Source of the DNA: an uncultured candidate division Zixibacteria bacterium
GTDB lineage: Bacteria; Zixibacteria; MSB-5A5; UBA10806; 4484-95
Direction of reading: 5' to 3'
DNA length: 64,000 bases
Assembly (NCBI GenBank): GCA_963668625.2
Contig: CAXXKA010000008.1
Coordinates: 1,088,001-1,152,000, forward strand
In this document: positions 47,596-57,049 of the stretch, in pieces
Layout of the letters: the number at the start of each line of letters is the position of its first letter
How positions within the stretch are numbered: position 1 is the first letter of the stretch
Position numbers and translations under genes: made by a program
The notes under the pieces: model-generated
What the model saw: only the letters and a program-made list of their open reading frames with translations
What the model was told of the DNA's origin: nothing
Database searches by the model: none

Positions 47596-48686
47596 TATAA
47601 TTTACTGAATTCCATGCTGGTTTTTGTAGTTTTAGTAACATCTATCATAAATTGATCCGGGTTTATCGCCACCCGCATTGCCTCCTCGGGGGTGATAGTG
47701 TTACTTTTTAGCAGTTCCCTTAGATGATCATCCAGAAGTTGCATACCTTTTTTCTTACCGGTTTGAATAACCGTTTGAATCTGATGGGTTTTGTTCTCGC
47801 GTATCAGATTGGAGAGGGAGGTATTATGCGCCAGAAGTTCATAGGCAACACATCTACCGGAACCATCAGCCTTGCGAACCAGTTGTTGGGCCACCACACC
47901 GAGTAATGTCTCGGAAAGCATAATCCTGATCTGCTGCTGCTGATCCGCCGGGAAAACATCAATAATGCGGTTTATCGTACTCGAGGCGGTTCTGGTATGA
48001 AGCGTACCAAGTACCAAAAGCCCTACCTCGGCGGCGGTTACCGCCAGTGAAATGGTCTCGGTATCGCGCATTTCGCCCACCAGGATGACATCGGGGTCCT
48101 CACGTAAACAGGCGCGCAGAGCCATCGGGAAAGACTCCGAATGCATACCGATCTGGCGCTGTGAGATAAGCGAGTTTTTATTGCCATGAACCATCTCGAT
48201 GGGATCCTCCAGCGTTATTACATGCTTGGAGTAGTTGGTATTGATATGGTCGACCATGGCGGCCAGGGTAGTGGTTTTACCGCTGTTAGTCGGGCCGGTT
48301 ACGAGTATGATACCGGCTTTGTTATCGGTAAGGTTTACCACGGCATCGCTGAAACCGAGGGTCTGTAAGTCCCTGATACTATCCTCGATTATACGAATGG
48401 CCGCGCCGATTCCGTGGAATGTTTGATACAGGTTCACCCGGAAGCGGGCTACGTTTTTAATACCGTAAGAAAAATCAAGATCGCCGGATTTTTCGAATTG
48501 TTTGATTTGCGTATCGGAAAGCATTTCATACACGAGTTGCTTGATTCCCTCGCCGGTCAATTTCGCCGAGTGGGTTTTCTCGAGCCGCCCGTGGACGCGT
48601 ACTATGGGGACGGAGCCAACGTTCAAGTGAAGATCCGAGGCATCCGCCTGCTTGATTATTTCTAAAAGTTGATCTATTTTAGCCAT
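47595..48686 (-). CDS. pilT: type IV pilus retraction ATPase PilT/PilU family
   Basis: ASDLHL, RFRVN, TGPTNSGKTTT, LEDPIE, LREDPDVILVGEMRD, GTLHT, GMQ. Confidence 0.93.
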   Translation of the reverse strand: MAKIDQLLEIIKQADASDLHLNVGSVPIVRVHGRLEKTHSAKLTGEGIKQLVYEMLSDTQIKQFEKSGDLDFSYGIKNVARFRVNLYQTFHGIGAAIRIIEDSIRDLQTLGFSDAVVNLTDNKAGIILVTGPTNSGKTTTLAAMVDHINTNYSKHVITLEDPIEMVHGNKNSLISQRQIGMHSESFPMALRACLREDPDVILVGEMRDTETISLAVTAAEVGLLVLGTLHTRTASSTINRIIDVFPADQQQQIRIMLSETLLGVVAQQLVRKADGSGRCVAYELLAHNTSLSNLIRENKTHQIQTVIQTGKKKGMQLLDDHLRELLKSNTITPEEAMRVAINPDQFMIDVTKTTKTSMEFSKL

Positions 48687-48978
48687 AACGCTTAAAGACT
48701 ATTCCTTTTTTAGATGTATCGGAAATTTTTATCGGGAGTTGACAGAAGAATAAATAAAGTTTTATCGATCGTTTGATCGGTAACACCATTCAATGTTTTA
48801 AACATTGTTATTAATATAGGGATAGATTTCTATCCAGAGTTACCGGGCGAGAAAAATAGTGAATCAAAGGCTTTATCTGCCCGCCATCAAGATTTCAGTA
48901 TTTTAATCCCATTCAATTGTTTGCGGATAGGACTTTCGTTTATTATTATTAGGGTAAATATAAAAACCTGGAGACAAT

Positions 48979-51183
48979 ATGAATCCTATATATCTTGATT
49001 ATAACGCCACTACCCCGATAGACCCCCGGGTTGCCGAGGATATGATCCCTTTCGTTACCGATCATTTCGGCAATCCCTCGAGCGGGCATAGTTTCGGTAT
49101 CACCACGAAAAAGGCGGTCGAGAAAGCCCGCAAGCAATTGGCCGATATGCTTGGATGTCAGTTGGATGAGATCATCTTTACCAGCGGTGGTTCGGAATCC
49201 AACAACTATGCCATAAAAGGAATAGCCCGGGCTTATCGTGACAAAGGCAATCATATCATAACCTCAGCAGTGGAACATCCCGCGGTATTGGAGGTTTGCC
49301 GTTTCCTCGAGGGGGATGGATTGAAGGTCACGTATTTGCCGGTGGATCAATACGGCCTCGTCGATCCGTTACAGGTGGAAAAAGCGATTACGCCTCAGAC
49401 GATATTGATAACGGTCATGCATGCCAATAACGAGGTCGGCACGATCGAACCGATACGCGAGATTGCCGATATCGCCCACGCTCAGGGTATATTGATGCAT
49501 TCCGATTGCGCCCAGTCGATCGGGAAAATACCGGTGAACGTTATTGAATTGGGAGTGGATTTGCTCTCTGTAGCCGGTCATAAATTATACGCGCCGAAAG
49601 GTATCGGGGCGTTGTATATCAAAAATGGCGTGAAATTGGAAAAACAGGTTCACGGCGCGGATCACGAGAGAAACCTTCGCGCCGGTACCGAAAACGTAAT
49701 CGAGATTGTAGGCCTGGGCAAAGCCTGCGAGTTGATAAACAACGAATTCGATAAACATACCGCTTATCTACGTAAAACCCGCGATCAGCTGGAAGATGGT
49801 ATTAAAACTAATTTTCCTGATATCAGTATTAACGGTCATCCCGATAGACGGTTGCCGAATACTTTGAGTGTCAGTTTCCGGGGGCTGGAGGCCAACACTA
49901 TCCTTTCCGAACTCAGCGGCATAGCGGCCTCGGCGGGCGCGGCCTGCCATAGCGATAATGTCGAAGTGTCGAGTGTGCTGGAGGCGATGAAATTACCACT
50001 CGAATACGCCATGGGAACGATACGGTTCTCGGTCGGACGGTTCACCACAATGGAGGAGATCGATAAGGCGCTGGAGGAGATAGTCGATGTCGTTGGCAGG
50101 CTCACACCGGGCCAGTCGCCGGTTCTAGCCGGTGTCGATACGGGCGAATACAAACTGACCCGGTACACTCATGGCCTGGGTTGCGCCTGCAAACTAAGGC
50201 CGCAACTTCTGGAGGAGACATTAAAGAAACTGCCCGTGCCCGATGATATCAATATCCTGGTTGGCGCTGATACCTCCGATGACGCGGCGGTCTATCGTAT
50301 CGATGATAATACGGCGATCGTGCAGACGGTCGATTTTTTCACGCCCATAGTCGATGATCCTTATCAGTTCGGGGCTATCGCGGCGGCTAACTCGTTAAGC
50401 GATATTTACGCTATGGGCGCCCGGCCTCTTTTCGCGTTAAATATCGTAGGTTTCCCCAGCAATCGTCTACCTATGACGGTACTGGAGAGTATTTTGAAAG
50501 GCGCCCAGTCCAAGGCCGAGGAGGCGGGTATTTCGATTATCGGCGGGCATACCGTGGATGATACCGAGCCGAAATACGGTATGGCCGTAACCGGCGTGAT
50601 TAATCCCGACAAAGTACTGGCCAATAACAAAGCCCGGGCCGGCGATATGCTGATACTCACAAAACCTATCGGAACGGGTATTTTATCCACAGCTTTAAAA
50701 CAGGGATTACTGGAAAACGAACGGATTGATATACTCGTGAAAACGATGTCGGCTTTGAATAAGACTGCGGCCGAGACAATGGCTCGATTCGAGGTTCATA
50801 GCTGTACCGATATAACCGGTTTCGGCCTGCTGGGTCATCTACTGGAGATGATGAGAGGCTCGGCCGCCTCGGCAGTGTTATCGTACGAGAGTATACCTAC
50901 CCTGCCCGGCGCGATGGATATGGCCTCCGCGGGTATTATCCCCGGCGGCACCAACGATAATTTCAGCTATACCGAAAATCATGTCGAATATGAGGAAACG
51001 TTATCACGGACCAAGAGGTTAATCGTAAATGATGCCCAGACCTCGGGTGGATTGTTGATAGCAGTTTCCGAATGTGACACCGAGCCGCTCTTGAAACAGC
51101 TCAAGAGCGCCGGTCTCGATTCGGCCTCGATAATCGGCAGGGTGAATACACGAGATGATAGAGCTATCAGGGTGGAAAATTAA
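48979..51183 (+). CDS. selD: NifS-type cysteine desulfurase / Sec lyase fused to selenophosphate synthetase
   Basis: YLDYNATTP, GHKLYAPKG, ASAGAACH; then GCACK, DDAAVY, TVDFFTPIVDDP, DITGFGLLGH, DAQTSGGLL. Confidence 0.95.
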   Translation: MNPIYLDYNATTPIDPRVAEDMIPFVTDHFGNPSSGHSFGITTKKAVEKARKQLADMLGCQLDEIIFTSGGSESNNYAIKGIARAYRDKGNHIITSAVEHPAVLEVCRFLEGDGLKVTYLPVDQYGLVDPLQVEKAITPQTILITVMHANNEVGTIEPIREIADIAHAQGILMHSDCAQSIGKIPVNVIELGVDLLSVAGHKLYAPKGIGALYIKNGVKLEKQVHGADHERNLRAGTENVIEIVGLGKACELINNEFDKHTAYLRKTRDQLEDGIKTNFPDISINGHPDRRLPNTLSVSFRGLEANTILSELSGIAASAGAACHSDNVEVSSVLEAMKLPLEYAMGTIRFSVGRFTTMEEIDKALEEIVDVVGRLTPGQSPVLAGVDTGEYKLTRYTHGLGCACKLRPQLLEETLKKLPVPDDINILVGADTSDDAAVYRIDDNTAIVQTVDFFTPIVDDPYQFGAIAAANSLSDIYAMGARPLFALNIVGFPSNRLPMTVLESILKGAQSKAEEAGISIIGGHTVDDTEPKYGMAVTGVINPDKVLANNKARAGDMLILTKPIGTGILSTALKQGLLENERIDILVKTMSALNKTAAETMARFEVHSCTDITGFGLLGHLLEMMRGSAASAVLSYESIPTLPGAMDMASAGIIPGGTNDNFSYTENHVEYEETLSRTKRLIVNDAQTSGGLLIAVSECDTEPLLKQLKSAGLDSASIIGRVNTRDDRAIRVEN

Positions 51184-51196
51184 CTGCGGGAATGAT

Positions 51197-51616
51197 ATGA
51201 AACTACTGATGATTTATGCGGACAGTTTCGGTTATAAAACCAGTATGAAAACACTGGAGGATATGCCGGATTCGGATGAGACGAGATCTTATGAAAAAGC
51301 TGTCGTGGGATTTATTCAAATAGAGAAACGCGATGAGGAAAACTTATCGTATATCGAAACCAAGCTAGTTAAAAATCTCAAATGGGCGGCGGGCAAGAAT
51401 AACACCAGGGTGATAATTCTGCATTCGTTCGCTCATCTTTCCGAGAGCAAAGCCGAACCGGAAAACACCAGGCAGTTATTCGACAGCGCCGAGAGCCGAC
51501 TGGTGAAATCGGGTTACGAGGTTTATCAAACGCCGTTCGGCTACTTCCTCGATCTGGACTTGCAAGCGCCGGGCACACCGCTGGCCAGGCTGTTCAAGGA
51601 TATTCAGGTTGGCTGA
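51197..51616 (+). CDS. stand-alone archaeal-type threonyl-tRNA synthetase editing domain protein
   Basis: MKLLMIYADSFGY, FIQIEKRDE, ILHSFAHLS, TPFGYF, GTPLAR match the tRNA-Thr_ED pattern (YPFAHLS...APFGY...GHPL). Confidence 0.8.
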   Translation: MKLLMIYADSFGYKTSMKTLEDMPDSDETRSYEKAVVGFIQIEKRDEENLSYIETKLVKNLKWAAGKNNTRVIILHSFAHLSESKAEPENTRQLFDSAESRLVKSGYEVYQTPFGYFLDLDLQAPGTPLARLFKDIQVG

Positions 51617-52349
51617 TTTCTATAACCAAGCAACCGAGGCAATCGGTAACGCCAATCATGTCGTGGCTTTCACCGGCGCGGGTATATCCGTTGAAAGCGG
51701 CATACCTCCGTTTCGCGGACAGGGCGGCTTGTGGAACAGGTACGATCCTGAGTTGCTGGAGATCGGGTATTTTCTTTCCAATCCCATAGAATCGTGGAAA
51801 GTTATACGCGAGATATTCTTCGATAAATTCATGGATGCCCGGCCCAACGCGGCTCATCTGCTACTGGCCGATATGGAAAAGGCTGGTATGTTAAAATCGG
51901 TAATCACACAAAATATCGATAACCTTCACCAGATGGCCGGTAGTCAGGTGGTTTACGAATTTCACGGAAATTGTCAGAAATTACTCTGCCTCGATTGTCA
52001 TAACGTGCATCTCGCGCAGGAAATAGATCTAAACGCCGATCCGCCCTCATGCCCCAACTGTGGCGGGCTGTTGAAACCGGATTTCATATTTTTCGGCGAA
52101 CCGATCCCCAAGAACGCGTATACCATGTCGGTTAAGGAGGCGACTGCCGCGGATGTCCTGATGATTATCGGGACAACCGGCGAGATTATGCCGGCGGCCT
52201 CGATACCTCATCTGGCGAAAATAAACGGCGCGATGATTATAGAAATAAATCCGCAAAGTTCGAATTATACCGGAGTCATCACGGATATTTTCATTCAAGC
52301 CGGCGCGGTGGAGGCCTCGATGGTTATTAGGGGACTATTGGGCGTATAA
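51609..52349 (+). CDS. cobB: NAD-dependent deacylase (sirtuin)
   Basis: TGAGISVESGIPPFRG, ITQNIDNLH, FHGN, CxxC..CxxC, LKPD..FFGE, IGT, IEIN. Confidence 0.93.
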   Translation: MADFYNQATEAIGNANHVVAFTGAGISVESGIPPFRGQGGLWNRYDPELLEIGYFLSNPIESWKVIREIFFDKFMDARPNAAHLLLADMEKAGMLKSVITQNIDNLHQMAGSQVVYEFHGNCQKLLCLDCHNVHLAQEIDLNADPPSCPNCGGLLKPDFIFFGEPIPKNAYTMSVKEATAADVLMIIGTTGEIMPAASIPHLAKINGAMIIEINPQSSNYTGVITDIFIQAGAVEASMVIRGLLGV

Positions 52350-52588
52350 TTTCAGGCAATAAATTACTCTTTTGGTACATTTATAACACCAATTATGATA
52401 TTAAAAGGTTCTATAGTTTAATTTTATGACGATTAATAGTATCATATGGCTGATAATGTGATTAATGATGATTTTAATATCAAAGTATTATTAAGCCTTT
52501 AAAAAATATTCGGAAGTATTCGTAAAATAGTTGACTTAGGAATAGAATTGTTTAGATTCCCGGCGTTTGTTTAACCTGATTAACAGGA

Positions 52589-54148
52589 TTGGTGTTAATG
52601 ACAGATTCTAAGATAAATAATTTACGTAGTAAGCGTGCCGAACTTTCTAAAGGCGGCGGGGATAAACGAATCGAGAAGCAACATTCGTTGGGCAAACTAA
52701 CGGCCCGCGAGCGTATCGATTTGCTTTACGAACCGGGTACTTTTCGTGAATCGCTATTATTCATGAAACATCGCTGCACGAGTTTCGGCATGGCCAAGAA
52801 AGAATTTCCCGGAGAGGGAGTAATTACCGGTACCGGCCTGGTAGATAATCGACCGGTTTATGTCGCCAGCCAGGATTTTACGGTTGGTGGCGGTTCGGTC
52901 GGCGAGGCTAGCGCGAGGAAAATTCAGGAGGCGATGAGCGCCGCTATGAAAACGGGCGATCCGTTCGTGATGATAAACGATTCGGGCGGCGCGCGGATTC
53001 AGGAGGGCGTTGACGCTCTGGATGGTTACGGTGGAATTTTCTATCGTAACGTATTGCTTTCCGGAGTAGTACCGCAGATAAGCATAATAGCCGGGCCATG
53101 CGCCGGAGGAGCGGCTTATTCGCCGGCACTGACTGATTTTATCATTCAGATTCGTAACGAGGGGCAGATGTTCATAACCGGGCCGAGCGTCATCAAAGAG
53201 GTGACCGGCGAGGAGATAACCTCGGAGCAGCTCGGCGGCGTCGAGAGCCATGCGTACTATTCGGGCGTAGTGCACTTTATTGCCGAGGACGACGAAGACG
53301 CTATCGCAATCACCAAGCGTTTGTTATCGTTTTTGCCCAGCAATAATACCGAGGACCCGCCGTTCGATTCCAACCTGTACGAGGATGAAATCGGAGTGGA
53401 TGAAACCCTGGATACTATCGTTCCTGAAGATTCGAAAGAACCATATGACATGCATGATGTGATCTACGGTATCGTCGATCAAGGTGATTTCATGGAGATA
53501 CAGGAGCATTTCGCCAGCAATATCATTATCGGTTTCGGCAGGATAACGGGCCATACGGTCGGAGTCGTAGCTAATCAGCCGAAAGTGAAAGCCGGCGTGC
53601 TCGATATCAATTCCTCGGTTAAAGCGGCGCGTTTTATTCGTTTCTGCAACGCCTTCAATATTCCTATCTTGACTTTCATCGATGTTCCCGGATTCATGCC
53701 CGGCGTACAGCAGGAATACAGCGGTATAATCCGTCACGGCGCCAAGATGCTGTTCGCTTATGCGGCGGCGACAGTGCCGAAAATAACGACCGTGGTGCGC
53801 AAAGCATACGGTGGGGCGTTCCTGGCGATGTGTGCCAAGAGCATGGGCGCGGATACGCTGATAGCCTGGCCAACCGCCGAGATCGCCGTGATGGGCGCCG
53901 AGGGCGCGGTAAACATCCTCTATCGCAAGGAGATCAGCGAGGCCGAGGATGCAGCCGAGGAGAGGAAGAAGAAGATCGATGAGTATAAAGATACATTCGC
54001 TAATCCGTATTTCGCGGCCGCCCGGGGGCTGGTTGATGATATAGTAGTTCCCTCCGAAACCAGGGCTTACATTGCCGCCGTGCTGGAGGTTTTAAAAGCC
54101 AAAAGCGAATTGAGACCTCAGAAAAAGCACGGGCTAATCCCGCTTTAG
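52589..54148 (+). CDS. mmdA: acyl-CoA carboxyltransferase, methylmalonyl-CoA decarboxylase alpha subunit type
   Basis: GKLTARERI, DSGGARIQEG, GPCAGGAAYSPALTD, DVPGFMPG, RKAYGGA, KKHG. Confidence 0.88.
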   Translation: MVLMTDSKINNLRSKRAELSKGGGDKRIEKQHSLGKLTARERIDLLYEPGTFRESLLFMKHRCTSFGMAKKEFPGEGVITGTGLVDNRPVYVASQDFTVGGGSVGEASARKIQEAMSAAMKTGDPFVMINDSGGARIQEGVDALDGYGGIFYRNVLLSGVVPQISIIAGPCAGGAAYSPALTDFIIQIRNEGQMFITGPSVIKEVTGEEITSEQLGGVESHAYYSGVVHFIAEDDEDAIAITKRLLSFLPSNNTEDPPFDSNLYEDEIGVDETLDTIVPEDSKEPYDMHDVIYGIVDQGDFMEIQEHFASNIIIGFGRITGHTVGVVANQPKVKAGVLDINSSVKAARFIRFCNAFNIPILTFIDVPGFMPGVQQEYSGIIRHGAKMLFAYAAATVPKITTVVRKAYGGAFLAMCAKSMGADTLIAWPTAEIAVMGAEGAVNILYRKEISEAEDAAEERKKKIDEYKDTFANPYFAAARGLVDDIVVPSETRAYIAAVLEVLKAKSELRPQKKHGLIPL

Positions 54149-54151
54149 GGG

Positions 54152-54505
54152 ATGGGGATTATGGAAGGTATGGAATTTATTCTAAGATTTTCGGCTATCG
54201 GTATCGCGATCGTTTTCGTTTCTTTGAGCATTATCGCTATCGCTATCACCTGGATAAGGAAAGCGGATGAGGGCTGGCAAGCCAAAGAAATAAAGCTGGA
54301 GGAGAAAGCTCTGGAAAGCGAACAGACAGTCGATACCACCACTCTCGTGCTCATAAGCGCAGCCTGCGCTACGATAATAGGTGGAAAGTTTTTCATACGA
54401 AGCGTCAGGCGGTTAAGGCCAATCGGGGGAGCTCCGGGTTCATGGTCTCGTCAGGGACGATCCGTGCTATTAGGTTCTCATATTGTCGGAAAGAAAAGAA
54501 GATAG
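54152..54505 (+). CDS. OadG / MmdD-like decarboxylase membrane anchor subunit
   Basis: Single TM (GIAIVFVSL), LVLISAA, SWSRQGR; position in operon. Confidence 0.8.
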   Translation: MGIMEGMEFILRFSAIGIAIVFVSLSIIAIAITWIRKADEGWQAKEIKLEEKALESEQTVDTTTLVLISAACATIIGGKFFIRSVRRLRPIGGAPGSWSRQGRSVLLGSHIVGKKRR

Positions 54506-54535
54506 TCAGTCATATTGATAAAGGATGAATCATAA

Positions 54536-54940
54536 ATGAAACTTAAGATAACTTTACATGGTGTAGCCTACGAGGTCGACGTGGAGATACTGGATGCCGG
54601 CGAGGGTTTCCCGACTCTACCGCCCAGACCCAGGCAACGATCGCAGGCACAGAACGGCGGTCAGGCTGTAGCTCCTGCTCCACTACAAGCAGGCCCATCA
54701 CCTGCACCGGCGGCCAACGGCGGCGGTTCTAACCTGGTTGCCTCGCCCATAGCCGGCATTATCGTCGAGATAAAGTGTAAGCCTGCCGATGTGGTAACGC
54801 AAGGGCAGATATTGCTGGTTATCGAGGCGATGAAAATGAAAACCTCGATAGCCGCGCCCGCTCCCGGTAAGATAAAAAGCGTTCCGGTGGCTGTCGGCGA
54901 TAACGTTCGCGAAAGCCAAACCCTGGTGGAATTTGAATAA
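54536..54940 (+). CDS. mmdC: biotin carboxyl carrier subunit
   Basis: YEVDVE, Pro/Ala linker, EAMKM biotinylation motif. Confidence 0.88.
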   Translation: MKLKITLHGVAYEVDVEILDAGEGFPTLPPRPRQRSQAQNGGQAVAPAPLQAGPSPAPAANGGGSNLVASPIAGIIVEIKCKPADVVTQGQILLVIEAMKMKTSIAAPAPGKIKSVPVAVGDNVRESQTLVEFE

Positions 54941-54967
54941 GGGGGTAGAATCCCCAGGGAGCAGGTA

Positions 54968-56092
54968 ATGGATATACTATTAAATTTCCTTCATGCGGGG
55001 GCTATTTTCAACATGAGCTGGGGCAACCTGATTATGCTCATCGTTGGTGGAATTTTCATATATCTCGGAATTGCCAAAGACTATGAGCCGCTCTTACTGG
55101 TACCGATCGGTTTCGGTATTCTGGTCGGCAATATCCCGTTTATCGAGGGGATGCGAATCGGGATTTACGAGGAGGGCAGTGTTCTTTCGATACTGTACTC
55201 CGGCGTTACCCAGGGCTGGTATCCCTCGTTAATCTTTTTAGGCATAGGGGCGATGACGGATTTCTCCTGTATGCTGGCCAATCCCAGACTGATATTGTTG
55301 GGAGCGGCCGCACAGGCGGGCATATTCCTGACATTCATAGGCGCTTCGTTGCTGGGGTTCGATTTAAAAGAAGCGGCGGCGATTGGCATTATCGGCGGGG
55401 CGGACGGCCCGACTGCGATTTTCCTTTCCTCTAAACTTGCGCCACATCTTCTGGGCGCGATTGCCGTCTCGGCTTATTCGTATATGGCGCTGGTGCCGGT
55501 TATACAACCGCCGATCATCAAACTTCTGACCACGAAGAAAGAACGCCTGATAAAGATGTTGCCTTCCAAGCCGGTCAGCAAACGGCTCAGAATCATGCTA
55601 CCTATAATCGCGTTCATTATTACCGGTTTTATTGCGCCGGGATCGATTAACCTTCTGGGATTTTTGTTTTTCGGTAACCTTCTGAAAGAAAGCGGCGTAA
55701 CCGAGAGATTGGCAAACACCGCTCGAAACGCCTTTATCGATATGATCACGATTTTGCTGGGTTTGACCGTTGGCGCCTCCACGGATGCCAGCCGGTTTCT
55801 TACTCCGGCCTCGATAAAGATTTTCATACTGGGCGCGTCCTCGTTTATTATCGCCACGGCTGCCGGCGTGCTTTTCGCCAAGTTTATGAACGTCGTCACC
55901 AAAACCCCGTTGAATCCGATTATCGGAGCGGCGGGAGTCTCGGCCGTGCCGGATTCGGCCAGGGTTTGCCAGATGGTGGGGGCTAAAGAGGATCCCAACA
56001 ATTTCCTGATCATGCATGCTATGGCGCCTAACGTAGCCGGTGTTATCGGTTCTGCGGTTGGCGCGGGAATTCTTCTGGCGACATTCGGATAG
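54968..56092 (+). CDS. mmdB: Na+-translocating decarboxylase beta subunit
   Basis: EPLLLVPIGFG, GIIGGADGPT, AYSYMALVP, GVSAVP, HAMAPNVAGVIGS. Confidence 0.93.
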   Translation: MDILLNFLHAGAIFNMSWGNLIMLIVGGIFIYLGIAKDYEPLLLVPIGFGILVGNIPFIEGMRIGIYEEGSVLSILYSGVTQGWYPSLIFLGIGAMTDFSCMLANPRLILLGAAAQAGIFLTFIGASLLGFDLKEAAAIGIIGGADGPTAIFLSSKLAPHLLGAIAVSAYSYMALVPVIQPPIIKLLTTKKERLIKMLPSKPVSKRLRIMLPIIAFIITGFIAPGSINLLGFLFFGNLLKESGVTERLANTARNAFIDMITILLGLTVGASTDASRFLTPASIKIFILGASSFIIATAAGVLFAKFMNVVTKTPLNPIIGAAGVSAVPDSARVCQMVGAKEDPNNFLIMHAMAPNVAGVIGSAVGAGILLATFG

Positions 56093-56121
56093 TACGAATA
56101 TTTATACTATGGATAAAATAT

Positions 56122-56151
56122 AAGCCGGGCTGTTTAGATAGCCCGGCTTTT
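56122..56151. terminator. intrinsic terminator, probably bidirectional
   Basis: AAGCCGGGCT-N8-AGCCCGGCTT followed by Ts. Confidence 0.8.
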
Positions 56152-56207
56152 GCAAGCAATGAACCTTTGGTGAAAAGGTATTAATGAGTTTATTTCTTAT
56201 GTTCTAT

Positions 56208-56990
56208 CTAAAACCATCTGATACGATCTAGTTCCTCGATCTCATCTTTCAGTTCATCAGCCATATCATTAAGCTCATCGGCTAAATCCTCAATTTCCTC
56301 GGCTGCGTTTTCCAATCTGTCGGCATCCTCCTCCAGGTACTCGGCCTCATCCTCAATGTCTTCCTCAAGGTCTTCGAGTTCCTCTAGAGCGCGCCGGGAG
56401 AACAGTGCGCTTAAAGCATCCTTGGCAGCTCTTAAACCAAGTTTAGCTCCGGCTATACCTATTTTTGCGCCTTTCTCGCCGACAATCATGGCTTTCTCTT
56501 CAAGCTCTTCGGCTATATCGTAATATTTCCTGAGTTTCTCTTTCTGGGCGGGTGTCGTGATGATACGATCGTGGTTGATATACAGGTCGCCTTCTTTGGT
56601 GATCTCAATTTCCTGACCGTAGCGGCCTCGTTCTTGCCTGATAATTACGCTGCCATTTTCGATATCGAAAGTATGTATATCGCGATCGGAGTGGTTGTAG
56701 AAAACGTAAGGCTCATCGAACAGGTCGCCGTCGAAAAAGAGGTTATACCCGGGACCGACCTCATACTCGTAATCATAGTCATAGTCATAGTCGTAATCGT
56801 GGTCAAAATCGAAATCGAAATCGAAATCGAAGTCAAAATCATCATCATAGGCGTAGTAATACTTATAATCGTCGCTTTCATGCTTATGATACTTATAAGG
56901 TTTAACCTTGACTTTATCGTATTCGCCGGGAGCGGCAATAGTTGTGGTTATCAGGAGAAGGCTTAGTATAGCCGTGATAAATATTCTCAT
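56208..56990 (-). CDS. exported protein with Asp-aromatic repeat and YggN/DUF2884-like C-terminal region
   Basis: GGAGGAG RBS, MRIFITAILSLLLITTTIA signal; ITKEGDLYIN...TPAQKEKLRKYY; acidic coiled coil. Confidence 0.7.
   Translation of the reverse strand: MRIFITAILSLLLITTTIAAPGEYDKVKVKPYKYHKHESDDYKYYYAYDDDFDFDFDFDFDFDHDYDYDYDYDYEYEVGPGYNLFFDGDLFDEPYVFYNHSDRDIHTFDIENGSVIIRQERGRYGQEIEITKEGDLYINHDRIITTPAQKEKLRKYYDIAEELEEKAMIVGEKGAKIGIAGAKLGLRAAKDALSALFSRRALEELEDLEEDIEDEAEYLEEDADRLENAAEEIEDLADELNDMADELKDEIEELDRIRWF
56760..56866 (-). repeat. coding hexamer repeats giving (DF)n(DY)n
   Basis: GATTTC and GACTAT arrays encoding YYYAYDDDFDFDFDFDFDHDYDYDYDYDYEYE. Confidence 0.85.
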
Positions 56991-57022
56991 TTGGCTCCTC
57001 CATTTTAAAGGTTGTAGCTTAA

Positions 57023-57049
57023 CTACGAAAATCGGCGTAATTGGTTGCA
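57023..57049 (-). promoter_or_regulatory. ECF-sigma-type promoter
   Basis: TGCAACC-N15-CGTAG, ~33 nt upstream of ATG 56990. Confidence 0.55.

Noticed and set aside
48979-52349. Selenoprotein (in-frame TGA with SECIS) or tRNA-Sec near selD
   Set aside because: SelD has Cys at the active site, and I saw no read-through TGA or tRNA cloverleaf.
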